From: Ptychomitrium polyphyllum
Lineage: Eukaryota
Direction: 5' to 3'
Assembly: GCA_973851085.1 (NCBI GenBank)
Contig: OZ316775.1
Location: forward strand, 21,452,001 to 21,516,000
DNA: 64,000 nt
Shown here one piece after another: positions 40,402 through 53,689 of the stretch (the stretch's first letter is position 1; each line of letters starts with the position of its first letter). A program made the position numbers and the translations under genes. Below the pieces are notes generated by a model. The model had not been told where the DNA came from, made no database searches, and saw only the letters and a list, made by a program, of their open reading frames with translations.

Positions 40402-43400
40402 AAACACATTAGCACAACAAAAGAGGATGAACCTGGTTCTGCTCAAAGTAATTCAGAACAACCCGATACTCTCCGAGTGAAACTTCACCAGAAGTGGGTT
40501 CCTCCGTCCCCATGATCATGCGCAACAATGTTGACTTACCACACCCATTTGGTCCAATGATGGCCAATTTTTCTCCTCGTTCTACAACAAGGTCCGCTTT
40601 GTCAAACAAAACCTACACCGAAAATCATCCATCCCAAGTCAAAATCATGTCGAGCTCTTTCTGCAGGAATGACTACCTAATGAAAACCGAGTTCTCTTTC
40701 TCATGACGAAAGAGAAGTGCCAACTTGCGACGTTGTGTACATCAAACATAATCATTTTCTTCATTCCTTCCAACCGAAAGTCAGCAAAGCGGAAGTCTCA
40801 AAGGTGTTAGGATTACATTCTGGATCCAACTTTGGCAGTTCCATAAGAGCCGTCAACTTGCGCTTACCAATCTGTTTGACAATTTCTTAATTTCAGAGTT
40901 TGACAAGTATCTCACATAGGTACATTCATTTGAAGCTCAATAATGTCACAAACAGAGATAAACTAAAGCTGATTACAAGGTTTACTTTCTTCAATAACGT
41001 ATCATAAAATTTGAAGGCCTCACACAAGGATAGCAACTTTTTTTGTGTGGTTTACCTTGCCCTCATACTCAAAACTCAACTTTCGCACTTCCAGAACTGT
41101 TTTACCGCTTCGTTCAAGCTCAGGAAACCGAAACTTCAAAGCCTTGCGTTCAAATGGTTTTTCAACTATTTTCCCTTCTTGTTGCATTTTCTCTAGTTGC
41201 TGAAACAGTCAAACAAATAGTTCTGTTATCAAACATCCAGCAGGTCCACATTCTCTATACATAAGATAACAAATGTATGCTAAGAACGACACCTTGTGTG
41301 CGCTTTTATGTCCTTAACACATTAAAGTCATTACCAAAATATTGTCCAGACAAACACTTCAGATATGAATATACAGCGTAAAAGATTGAAGTCTGATACA
41401 CGAGCCCACAAGCAATTGCTGTTAAAGTTGTAGCGTTACTTTCTCAGCTGATGTGGCTCGACCCGAATTGGCTCCACCGCTCAGTCTCTGAATCAAATCC
41501 TCCGTCCTGGTAATCTCTTTCTGCTGCTTCTCCCAAGCCATACGCTGAGATTCAATCCAAGCTGCCTTTGCAAGAACGTATTCGCTGTAGTTGCCTTCAA
41601 ATGTTTTTGACACACCCATGTCAGTTTCCACGATCTTGGTACAGAGTTGATCCAGAGTTGCTCTGTCATGTGAGACAATGACCATAGGCACATCTTGCTT
41701 CTTCAGGTAACCCTCTAGCCACTCTATGCTGTCGAGGTCAAGATGATTTGTGGGCTCATCGAGCAGTAACAAATCCGGTTCCTAAACAGAAAATTTCAAG
41801 TATTGTTAGTGCAATATTTAAGCATAATATATCGTATTGGAATTAACGTCAAATTCGTAGTCACCCAAAAATCTCTGACATGCTGGCATGGTAATAACAA
41901 GGTGGAACGGAAGGCTTAAATACCTGGAGGAGGATTTTCCCAAGCGCAATACGCATCTGCCAACCACCACTGAAAGATGCAACAAGTTTGTCAGCATCCT
42001 CCATAGTAAAACCCAACTCAGGCATCATCTTGTTGATGTTCACATCTACATTGTACAAGTCTGACATCTCCGCCTGCTTTTGTAAGGTGTCCAGCTCATC
42101 TAGGAGGCGCGCCATAAGATTCATGTCGTCGGTGGCGCTCTCTAGGGCAATCTGCATTGCGTTCGTCCTCTAGATTGTCAAAAATGTGCTTTACTGCTTA
42201 GTGTAGTAATTAGAGTAGGAGACATAATTAACACCTGCTTTCACCAGAGGCACGCTACTTACTGCTATCACAAACAGAGTTACACAATAATCCTTGTTAA
42301 GCCCCCTCAACATATCGCCAACTGAAAATTTGAATCCAAACGTGTGCATGTGTGTCTTGACCATGTAAGGTGTCCATCTTACGTCCTGATTCCACAGCTT
42401 TACAAAATGGAAGATTTCCAAATTTAGTAAAATTCGAGCTACAACGCAAAGGGCGCCAGACTCATGCAGCGAGTATCAACCTGAACTTTCTCAATGCGAG
42501 CAGAAATCGCCATTTGCTTTCCAAACACACTCATAAACTCTTCTCGCAACGTCCTGCTACCCACCACCTCAAATTCCTGAGACAAGAATGCAATCTTCAT
42601 ATTGGCTGCTGCCTTGATTACAGAACCCCCATCTGCCTCCTCCTTGCCAGCGATTATTCTAAGCTGCGTGGTTTTTCCTGAACAAAGTGATTGTGTAAAA
42701 CTTAAATTATCAAAGCCTGGTGTCATTAGTTATAAAATTACTAAGTTGGTTCCCCTTACCAATCATCAAGAACACGACCTCGCAAGCCTTATTTTCCTGG
42801 ATAGCAAGAATGACAAATATTCCAATTTGGAATGTCCATACAGTTGATGACATTGAGCTTCCAATCTCATCCAAACGAGATAGAAACCAGGTGAGAAAGA
42901 CACTCACCAGCACCATTGACGCCCACAAGCCCCACTCGCTCCCCTCTCTTCACCTCCCAGCTTACATCAACCAAAACCTGTACGCCTTTAAAAGTCTTGC
43001 TGATATGCTCGAGGCGAACTCCCGATGACACGCTCGACGCCCCTGAATTGTTGCTTCGCCGGTTGGATTTCTTCTGAGATTTCTCGTCACTATCCGACTC
43101 CAAATCTCCAAGAAAGTATGGCGCTGCCTCCTCGACCGTGTGCTTCGACTGGGCGCACACCACGAGCTTACTCCTGTTCTTGCTGTCATTGCCCTGGCTG
43201 AGGAATCGCGAGTGTATTCTCCAATCCAGACCGAACTCTCTATTTCTTGACAGCACCCGTAACCTAGCTCCCGGCGTCAAAAAAGAAGAAGGAGAAGCCT
43301 TAGCGGTGGTGCCACTGAAACTACCAAACCCACAAGAGCAGTGCGTCTTCGTACATGAACCTGAGGGCGCATTACGAGCAAGAGAATGGGCGTGCGAGAT

Positions 43401-43433
43401 GGAGCACACCCATGAATCCACGAGCGCGGCCAT
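38717..43433 (-). CDS. ABCF5: Plastid-type ABC-F protein (ABCF5-like), 11 exons: 43433-42908, 42677-42481, 42151-41924, 41781-41440, 41199-41056, 40612-40433, 40164-40009, 39916-39815, 39641-39513, 39121-39017, 38812-38717
   Basis: Two ABC domains without TM segments: [43 protein letters not shown]. Transit-like N-terminus, C-terminal KNANRWN, GT-AG frame-consistent introns. Confidence 0.93.
40368..40403. repeat. (AAAG)n microsatellite in an ABCF intron
   Basis: About 8 consecutive AAAG units. Confidence 0.9.
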
Positions 43434-45067
43434 AGTATGGCTTCCTCCACAGCTGAATGCCCTACTTGAGCCAGAGCAGAGCAGAGAATTGAGCAGAGTT
43501 TTGAGCAGAACTTCAGCTGAGTACTAAGCAGAAAAGTGAGCAAAGGGGACGAGAAGCTAGAACCGCCTAGGTGGAATCGAAAATGGTGGTGGTCATGAGC
43601 AACGATTCGTCTGAGACAGTGGCGAAGAAGCGTAGACGAGAGAACTCAGCTCCCGCGCGCTTGACCCAAACCCAACCCAGCTCAACCGACAAGACGGGAG
43701 CGAAACGCAGACCGTACTACCCGAATCATCCCCAGCTCTCCAACTCAAGGAAACGAACCAATCCGATAAAGTCGCAATCGTGGATCCGCAGCGCACCAGG
43801 AAAACCTAGAGTCCGGTAATCTCATCCGCATCTACGGATGTAGCCCTGTACAACGATGGCGTCCGACACACTGGCCCGCACGCACTACTCTACTCACCCA
43901 TGAACCACAAGCGGCGGAAGCGCCTACTAGCACCACTAGTGCCACAACTGAGGATGGGCGACACTCGGGCATTGCGCCGACATCAATCAGACAACCGCGC
44001 GCTGCAGTGCGACATGTCGAGTCCACAGTGTGCACAAGTGCGTCCGCGCTCTTCCTGGCTGCGCTTCAGTGTTGACAGCAGCCACGTCGGCGCCATGGCG
44101 GCCGCCCGATTGTTCCGACGGCGGCGATGCGCCCAAAACCTCTCGATCACAGCACAGTCGCGACTCCACCCCCTCGCTTTTTCGTCTCCGCGGCTCTGCG
44201 CTCTCTTGGCTGACGCCCACACACGTGTTACATTTTTAGCAGTTCTACTGCCTGTGCCAGATTCCGTGGTATTTATGCAGATTTGCATCGCTGCCTTTCA
44301 TTCTACACTCAGACCTCTTTATTGTCACTGGCTCGGGACCCAAGACATCCAGTATCACATATTCATATTGAGAAGATGTTTCTATAATATCCTCATAATT
44401 ATGATATTATGATATTAAGAAAGGGCATCAACATTCTGACTTAGTTCAGAATTAGTCTAGGGATTGGTGGTTTTACATGAGGTGATATAAAGGAGGTTAG
44501 AGTATATTTCATTTTACCATTTTTATAGTTGGGGGCCTGATTGAGGGCTGCCCCAAATCCTGTTTAGTTTCAACCAATCAAATTGTTGATCCCATGTTGG
44601 ACTTTAAATTGGAGCTAAGCTTAAAGGGATTTGAATATTAATCACTTTGAGATTACACGAAACCAATCTTTGTAAAAAGGTTGTTGGGTGGAAAAAATCT
44701 ACTTATGTAGGGTACTCAATCATTTGTTCTTTATTTGAGCATGTATAAGAGTGTTTTTTGAACTTTATTGACAAAATTTTTTTAAAGTAGTACACTTCAA
44801 TATTGTCATAGTGTCTTAAATATACAATTCAAAAAAATTAATCAATTTCTTTCCATCCATTACATATTCTCCTTTTTAAAGTATAATATCCTCCATTCTC
44901 TCTTTCTTCCTTGCTATATCTATTCTTTCCTTCTTTTCATCCTTCCGTCTACCCTTTCTGTCTTCGATTCTTCCCATCTTGCCTCTGTTCGTTGGCTGGG
45001 TCTTCGTTCCATTCTTGGTACGTAGGGAGCAGGGATGCTAGGCACCGGGGTGCAGCATCTGCAGTCT

Positions 45068-45150
45068 CACACACACAGAGGGAGAGGTAGAGGGAGAGGG
45101 AGAGGGAGAGAGAGCCAGGCAGCCACAAGCGAGAGACGGGGGGGGGGGGA
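45068..45150. repeat. Compound (CA)n, (GGGAGA)n and poly-G microsatellite in the HCF106 leader
   Basis: Seen directly upstream of ATG 45192. Confidence 0.8.
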
Positions 45151-45191
45151 GTTGCTGCAGGTGGGGGACGAAGTGGAGGGGCACTGTTAAT

Positions 45192-47631
45192 ATGGCGGTC
45201 CTGGCAGGAGCGCTGCTGCCCTGCAACGCCTCGCGGCCCTGCGCTGCCTCTTGCAGCTCCACGTCGTGCGTGGCGGTCGCTTTTCACTCTGCAGACTTGT
45301 CCAGGGCACTTGGTCGGAGGAAAGATTCTTCATGTGGGTCATGGCTGCTGAGAGCCTCTTCGTCGTTCCAAGGCCACTGTCTAGTTCTCACATGCCCTAC
45401 CGGTGTGTCTCACATCCCTTAACAGTTTCAGTTTTGGTTTCAAGTCTAGGTTTTGCTTTGGGGAATGCTTTGCTTGATACAGGGGCAGATTATGGAATTG
45501 GTTCACTGTCCTGACCTTCGTTGCTCAAAAGCCCTCGCAACTCAGCCTTATGGAGTATTTTGTTTTTCTACTGGCTTTGAGCTCGGGGAATTGCTTACGG
45601 TGTTTGGAACCCTGTTTTTTTACAGAGAATTGGGATGTTTGTTGTCGTTTTTGGGGGTTCAGGGAAGGTGAGGGAGAGTAAGAGGACTGGGATTCAAGCT
45701 TCGTTGCTGGGAGTAGGCGCGCCAGAAGCTCTAGTAATTGGGGTGGTGGCATTGCTCGTGTTTGGTCCGAAGGGACTTGCAGAGGTATTGAAGCAGCGTG
45801 CATTTTCCTCCGACTCTCGCTGTTTCTCGTGATTATTACATTGTCATGCGCACATGGAAGTGTTAATTTCAAGGTTGAGGATGCTGTAGCACGGTTAATT
45901 GAGTGCTCGCACCTGGAATGAACCGCGTATTATATATGCTGGTGATGATTGATAAGTTTTTTAGTCGTAGTCTTTTGTGGGAGTTCATCTCTTTGTCAAT
46001 GACGACATATGGTGAATTTTTAAAACTTTTTTGGTTATGAAACTGGAGTGTGCATCGAGATCGAGGAATCAATGTAAGGCGAATTTTTTTTGAATTCTCT
46101 TAAGATGGATGAGTAGAGATTTGGATTTTGTAGTAAAGCAAAGCCTTTGAGGGTAAAGAGTTAGTCTATGTAGAAGTTCAGAGGAATTGATAGTTAGGGA
46201 CGTCAACTTTTGAGCTGCTCTTCGGTCGTAGATTGAGTGTGGACCCCTTGTTAGTAAGGTTAGAGAGCTACGAATGTGAAGAAACGAGATTGTGATTCTA
46301 GAATGCCATTTTCTGAACCATCTTAGAAACGAACTGATTGGCATTGTGGGTGCAGGTTGCTCGCACCTTGGGCAAGTCGTTGCGGGCTTTCCAGCCGACA
46401 ATTAAGGAGCTTCAGGTACCTAATCGTAGCATGTGGCTACGCGTAGCTTTTTGTGTGGGGTTTGTCAGTCATTTGATGTTCCATGAATTCTCTGGGTCTT
46501 GTCCACTCGGCAGAGCAGAATGTTAAAAAGATGAAGCTGAATTAATCTTGTCTTGATGTTGATGGTTGTGATGAAAGAATTCGGGAAAAGGTTTGCAAGT
46601 TGTCATCTTCATCATCTGAGAAGCTGGGTTGTTTGTGACAGCAAGTTTCCAGGGAGTTTAAGGCCACGCTAGAGCAAGAAATAGGTCTGGATGAGTTGCG
46701 GAATCCCTCCACTTTTGACTCCTCTTCAACATCAACTCCTTCCCGTCCCAAGTCCGTCTCGTCAACTCTGACCTCCATTCCGACCACCCTCTCGGCAACT
46801 GAAGCAGCTCCAGCGGCACCTAAGACAGGTAGGACGCTTCTGAGTGGTTTAGACCACACTTGTTTACCTGTTTTGTTAATGGTTGCTCGTTGTTTAAACT
46901 CACTGGAGAATAATGGTTATTAATTTATTTACTGAACTTTCTTCATAAAGAAGGAGATCTTACAATTGGTGAGGATCACCTGTATGGATTAAACTTTTTT
47001 CTTTGGGGTCTATTTGTAGAGGAGGCTCCTGCCCCACCCAAGCCTTACACGGCAGAAGATTATGTTCGAATTACGGAGGAGCAAGCCAAAGCTCTGGTGT
47101 CAGAGGAACAGCGCAAAGGTACGTTAAACGTACTGCTGAGTGTTTCACATGCTATAGTAGTGGATATACTGGAAATTAGCATGGATAAAGATGTTGGGAA
47201 GTCGTAGCATGGATATTGGTGCGTATCGATGATTTGGAAATGTTCCGGATTGCAAAGGACGTACTACTGTGGTCCATTTGTATTTAATTATATAGGTATT
47301 TGGTTCTCGAGTCCGTTCATCTTGGGGGTTTTTACAGGCTTATCGCAGTTCGTCTAGTTTCAACTTTGCCTCACTAAATTGCCACAAGGCATTTCATTGC
47401 ATATGTAGCACGTACAGAAGTTCCTCACTTTTGTATGGAACCTATTTGGCAGCCTTTGAAGCTGCTGCTTGGGAAGGCACTCCTCGTGTGAAGCCTGCAG
47501 AGGAGACCTCTAGTGAAGGTCAACCTCAGACGTCACGAGATTCAGCTGTCAAGGAGGGCAGTGGAGTAGTGGGAAGCACACCGACTGAACCATTAGAAAG
47601 CTTTAGTGATAATGGCAGCTCAAAGCTTTAG
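45192..47631 (+). CDS. HCF106: Thylakoid Tat translocase subunit TatB/HCF106, exons 45192-45402, 45663-45784, 46356-46415, 46642-46828, 47020-47118, 47453-47631
   Basis: ASLLGVGAPEALVIGVVALLVFGPKGLAEVARTLGKSLRAFQPTIKELQQVSREFKATLEQEIGLDE with a transit peptide and GT-AG introns in frame. Confidence 0.93.
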
Positions 47632-47779
47632 TGGCGCTTGTAAGTTGACGTAATTCTTGGCTAGATTTAGATATTTGAGCGGTTCAGTCTGTTGAGTTGT
47701 GTATTATTTCGGCTTTTTTCATAACAGTTTCTACTGCATACAAATTAATTGTTGTTGGTTGTTTTCATGAATATAAATG

Positions 47780-48420
47780 CCAGATGTTTACTGTTAGGGG
47801 ATGACATATTATGAAATGGATGCATAACATTTGAAGGCCATTCTACTCGGAACCATGATTTGGTTCCTCAGGGCAATACACCAAAATTATAAAATGGAGG
47901 CACTTTTGACGATTATTACTGAAATGATGAAGTGTTTTTGGAGGCATGAACCTTTTGATAGGCTACTTTTTTCCGAAATGATGAGGATTCTTGGAGCAGC
48001 AAATGAGTGAATTTGACTTGCATAAGTCCAGCATAAAAGAGGGGAGAGAAAGAGAAGAACAGGCAAGTAAGGAAAAAGGTTGGCTGAGAGAACTGGAAGA
48101 AGAATGTGCAAGAATGGGAGAAGAATTTGCAAGGGAAGACGAAGAATGGACAAGAGAAGAGGAGAAATGGGCATCAAAAGAAATGGAAAAAGGGAAGAAG
48201 AAAAGACAAGAGATATAGAATGATTTATTGCAAGAGGAAGAGAAGAAATGGCAGGAGAAGGAGACGAAGACGCAAGACGACAAGTAGTAAGAAAATGTAA
48301 AGTAAGGTGCAACTTGAAGATTACCTTTGAAGAACTTGTATCGATCAAAGAAAGAGAAAAGAACAAGAGAAACAGAAGAATGGACAAGAAAGGTTAAAAG
48401 ATGTAGTGTAGCAAGAGAAA
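47780..48420 (+). pseudogene. Relic of a kinase C-lobe followed by a decayed E/K/R-rich coiled-coil region
   Basis: Broken translation PDVYC*GMTYYEM..GCITFEGH..NHDLVPQGNTPKL..EMMKCFWRHEPFDRLLFSEMMRIL matches kinase subdomains IX-XI. Confidence 0.6.
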
Positions 48421-48546
48421 CTTGTGTTTGTGTCATAATTCAGTGAGCAGCCGGCACATGTACAAAGCATAAAATCTCATGTTAACAAGTAGGATCTACT
48501 CACAGCGCACTAACCAAGACGACTATCAATGGGACATGCAAGTGTC

Positions 48547-50856
48547 TCAAGGAACTCGCCAAGAATGGTGCATAGAACATAAAGGAGAATGAGTAGGAAG
48601 CTCAATATCTTTGTTGGGAACCGTGTCATCTGTGTCGGAGTGATTCATCCCGCGAGTTTTGGTGTAATTTTGGTGAGGAGGAGTTCTACCCGGATGGTGA
48701 TGCTGCGGCACGCGATTGATCCAGTCATTATCTGTGCCACCATTGGCGAAAGGAGGAATGGACGAATCGTTATCTGATGCTTGGCTCTCTCCCAAGGTCC
48801 TCCACAGATCCGTGCACTTTGTTTGGAAGAATCCAATCTGGTCGTTCTTTCTATCGTAAGTCACCAGCATGTTGCGTGTCATGATGGCTCCCAGGATTGT
48901 GGTCGAGTCTTCATTCTGAAAAAATCCTAAACAATATGCCCCAGAATGCTTCGTTTGCTGGATACACATACACACCACATTAGTCTTTTGAAGCAAGGGT
49001 GGAGCCAGTGATTCAGCAGCTCCAATCGAAGCACATGGAGAGAGATGAAGATGACAGTGTGAGTTGAAAGGTCTGCGTTTATACCCTGAAGAGGTAATTC
49101 TCTGCCGCCAAGGAAACCATCTTGTCGTCTCCGAATACGAAGTCAATTGATGGAAAGTAGGAGCTCAAATTATATAGGTCACTGCATCAAAGTTAAATTG
49201 TAAATTACAATTCATAATAAACGAAGTGTCTTATTTTGCAACAACCATATGAAAGCATACTTCAACAATGAATCTGGGTTTTCACTTACTTTCCCGCTCC
49301 TGAGTAGCAGATATCTTTAAAATTATCATCGGGCCCAGCAATCTCTTCAAGATCCTTCACTCCTCGAACAAACTGCGCAACTATCCTCAAGCCTCTTCAA
49401 ATTGCTATATTCCTAGTAGAAATTCACAGAATTTATAAACGTCTATTACGTACGTACAATATTCTCAAGAAGATTTGAGGCTCTTACAGCGTCTTTGAAG
49501 ACACTGAATGCCTTCTCTGGAAGATACGCAAATGTGGTTCCACTGTCGAGAATTGTCCCGTATCTTCCATCAAACTCACTGGGCTTCACCGGCAGAGGCT
49601 CGCCTTGAATCCAAATCTCCTTCAAGACAACAATGTAATAAGAGCTGCCTTCGATCGCAACACCCACATGGTTACAAAAACCTGCAGTGGATACCAGTTG
49701 GATACGAAATACGACAATGGCATCAATTGCAAGAGAGGATTCGATCGACCCAATTGTCTAAAGCTCACATTCAGATGAAATGTGAGCAAACCTGCGAGTA
49801 GGATTTGAAGATGTGAAGACCATGTTGTTAACCGGAGGAAGTGCACCCAAGATCATAGCTCCCCCGTCCGCATCCATGCCTCCATAGCACAACGAGAAGG
49901 TATTCGAAATTGCGCCTTGCACAATCAACTGATCCACAACGCTAAGAGATCCTCGACCAAGGCCCATGATCCCATTCGCGTGCTGCTGGAACAAGATTCC
50001 ACTCTCGGTCGTTTCGCAGCCAAACAATATCGGTCGAGCGAACCCCAAGCTGCCCTGTGCAAACCGCATGTAATCTCGCTCCAAAAACCCGCTGCTGAAG
50101 CTCTGCTCTGCGTTGTGCCTGGCGTAGTTGCAGAGATCGCTACTATGGGCGCAAGCGTTCATCTCACAGGTCGTCGCAGTGGATCGCAGGGTAGGTGCTC
50201 GACTCCTCTGGCTTGAAGCTTGGATTCTGTGCATTCATGGCTCAGGGTTTAACTAATCTATCTCATTGTTGTTGTCCCTACAGGATGATCAAGTGCAGCG
50301 AGTACCTGATGGGTGCCGCAATGGGAGCAGGATGAGCAGGGCACGTAGGTGATCGTGCTGCCCGTGTCTATAATCAGAGCAAATGTTTGAGGAGGCGAGC
50401 CGATGTACACCGTGGTGGTGTAGTAGCTGCAGAGTAGCAACGCTAAACTGTCATGATCGCAATCTTGCGCTTCAAGGTAGCAATGGCCGTGACAGAATTG
50501 GTCGAATGAAGCATTTCATGGCAACTAGTTCTAAACGGAATCGAAAGCGCATTCAGAGTGGATAGAGTTACCCGTAACGGGCTAGGCCGTCAGACAATTT
50601 TGTGCACATTCAACGTGGAAAGGCTCGTGTGGTAGCGGTCCAAAGGCGAGGAGGAGGTGAAAGATGAGAGCGGGAGCATAAGTGCCGCGCCGTACTCCGA
50701 GTGCGTCCACAGCGCCATGTGTGAATTCGATTCTTTAGACTGAATGCTTCCAGTTCCATTGCGAGATTGTGCATTGCATTGTTTTCCATGCGATGATGCC
50801 ACAGTTTGCATCAACATCAAGATGAGCAGTAAAACCTGCGTATGTTGTTGACCCAT
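48547..50856 (-). pseudogene. A1 aspartic protease (atypical plant type) with two frameshifts
   Basis: Signal peptide, GYYTT..IGSPPQTFALIIDTGS, FGCETTESG, GIMGLGRG, TILDSGTT, ENYLFR and AYCLGFFQN. Frameshifts at ~50598-50601 and ~50170-50175. Confidence 0.8.
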
Positions 50857-52903
50857 TAGTGCTCTAGACCCTAGAGCCCGTCACTTAGCTTTCTTTCGAA
50901 ATCTATGTGTAGGTAGTCTGCAAGTTTTCCTTTTCATTTGCGCCTTCTGAATTGGCGATGGCATGCTGAAGAAGTAGGGCTTTGGATCTCTAGAATGTGG
51001 ATTTGGTTTGTTGATTCTACAGCGATGGTGATACCTCTTCTACTACCAAAGGGTCTGGCTGTTGCAGAGGGTGTGCACGCCTCCTTGAATCTCTCCGCAA
51101 AGTTTACGAGTATGAAAATTGCAAGGATCACTTGAAGGCTTTTTCTATATCGACAGATGAATTGGAGCTTCCTGTTAGTTGTTCTAGTTTGATGTCACAG
51201 CAAATTCGACCTGGGCATGTCTATCTCATTGAAAACTTCTTTGATGTATATGACCATCTCTACTCCGAGAGCAGATGATACGTGCAGCGAACATGTGCCC
51301 TGCTTTTCCTTATGTGAGCTGAATCTTGCAAAGTACAGTAATTCAGTACACTGTTGTACATTCAGTACCCTCGAAATGATTGGCAGGAAGAGGTGCTGCG
51401 CCTCGCAAATAACGGCAATGTCCAGGAGCCCAGATTGCAACAAAACCAGCGCACATTGGTCTATCTCATCGGCAGAGCATGTGATTCACACGCATCAGAC
51501 AGCGAACGGAGAAGTTTTTTCTCTTTCGTTGATTACCATCGGATCTGCTAAAATTAATGTGCTTGACGAAACAGCGCAAAGTCACCTAGATTAAGATGGT
51601 CATCCTAGTAGTACGTCATTGTGAAAATTATTTTGTTTGATTCTTCGGCTGATCCAATCCAGCGAAACGATCCATATATCCATCACAGGCTCATATGGAC
51701 ATCGTGACTCATGTCAAGTGCCATTCTGGTAAGATGGATCGGATTTGAACATAAAATAGATGGTATTAATCTTGGAAGTTACATGGCCACACTGTCCACT
51801 GACTACAGGAAAAACCTTGGTCACGTTCTGTATTCAAGTCAATTTGAACATTCTTACAATTGGGCAATGTCAAATATCACAGAACAACTGCGAATTCTTG
51901 AATCAAAATTGTTAATATCTCGAGTTCCCTAAAATCGAGCAAATATTTAACCCTGAGAGTTCAATCCTGAGCTTAAATTTTTAGTGTAACAGCAGAATCG
52001 GCTGCTACTATTAGATCCATCTGAACTCATGAATATCAAACTAAAAACCGCCAGAACTTAGAAGTCAAATGTGTGAGCATTCAAAGTTTTGCAAGGCATA
52101 CGCACTAGAAGAAAACGTGCTGGATGGTCCGCGGCTCAGTACACACTTCAGTGTATTGTTCATGAACAGTACATATACCATCCAATGCGATTTCTACTAG
52201 TGGTGGTGCACACAGCAGCTAATATGGCAAAAGAACCACAAGGAGTCTGAAGGACGTCCACTGTGATGTACTCTTGACTTTCAAGAGTCAAATAGCTACT
52301 GTACTGTTGTTACTCACCTGGCTGAACCTGGCTGGGGGTGATTGTGTAGTTTCTTTCTGACAATTGGGTGAAACGCTCGATTTGTTAAAATGTGTGTGTA
52401 TACAGCTACTGTACTTTAGTATTAATCCACGGAAAGTTTCAAGAATTTAGAACCATGTTAGTACTAATCCTAATTCGTTGGAGTTGTCTGCATCGCAACT
52501 GGAAGAGTTTTTACAAATTGAAAAACCGATTCATGTTCGTTCCCCATTGCCTTTCCAGTGTGACTGTTACTAGCTCGTTGTCGCTTCAATTTTTTTCTTT
52601 TATCGTTTCCTCCAAACTAAACATCACCCACGTAACTCAGCCCGTAATACAGATTAAATAATTTCTGAATGAGAATATAGTACTTACTAGACTAACCAAA
52701 ATATAAAAGCAGATCATTTTAGAGTAAAACGACGTTACAAAGGCCGAAACAGAAACCCCTGAGTGTATCCTGAAGATGCAATGATACATGAGATAGATCA
52801 ATTAACTTTTAGATGGTCAGATTTCTTATTATCCTTCGACTCTACTGCAGCCGGGTGAACCTGGAAATTTCATAGTTGTGGTAATGTTTAAATTGTAATT
52901 TAC

Positions 52904-53091
52904 ATGGTCGATGGAGCGGAGCACTGCTCGCAGGAAGGAGAGCTCGGTGCAGTCGGCGATTCTTGCCTTAATCTCATTGACTCTTTTCAGCAGGCGCTTG
53001 CGCACGTCAGGATGAGGAGCAACGAGGCAGCGATCCTCGACGGAGTGAGACGCACGATCACAGATGCAGGCGGCGCCTAAACCGTTTTCTG
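52904..53091 (-). pseudogene. N-terminal (prodomain-like) fragment of an M6 metalloprotease
   Basis: GC-rich AG/GT-bounded segment encoding AACICDRASHSVEDRCLVAPHPDVRKRL. The CxVAPHPD motif resembles the start of fungal/bacterial M6 proteases as I recall them. Confidence 0.5.
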
Positions 53092-53689
53092 CTATGAAAA
53101 TCAAGCCAGGCAAATCATCAGCTTCATATATTTCAATCACTAGTCCAAATTCATGGAGCTCACTTAGATTACTGCAAAAGAGAATGAATCCAGAAGCTTG
53201 GTTCCACGAAGTTCCGCTTTTGACTACTTCGATTACCATGTGACAAAAAATTTCAAATTTCTGTGAAATTGACAGAACTTGTGTATGAATCCAATACTGC
53301 CAACAGCTCATGAGATATTTTATACATTTCTAACTTCTCTGGCACAACAGTAGACTGCGACGAATTGCAGAGCTGTTCGTTGTATTCAAAATATAATGTG
53401 AGAATTTAACCACTCTGTTAAATTCGTGCCAATAGAAGTAATCACCCTGGTCAAGCTCAGGGGATCCTGAGTCGATTGGAAGAATCGATGTGATTGTCAA
53501 GGGCATATCATTTCCAGACCAGAGTACTATTCCTTCATCACAAGGTCAGTCACGTCTAGTGGGAATGCAGCTCGCTGTGAGCTTCAACAGACGAGAACAA
53601 TGATTCTAGTTCATATGCTGCGAGTTGACTTGGGATTGTGATTGAGAATTTTCATTGAAGAAATAGGGTGTGGCTGTTGGTACAAAAAT

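Noticed and set aside
47887..48436. Hydrophobic minus-strand ORFs resembling membrane proteins
   Set aside because: Reverse complement of a purine-rich coiled-coil relic.
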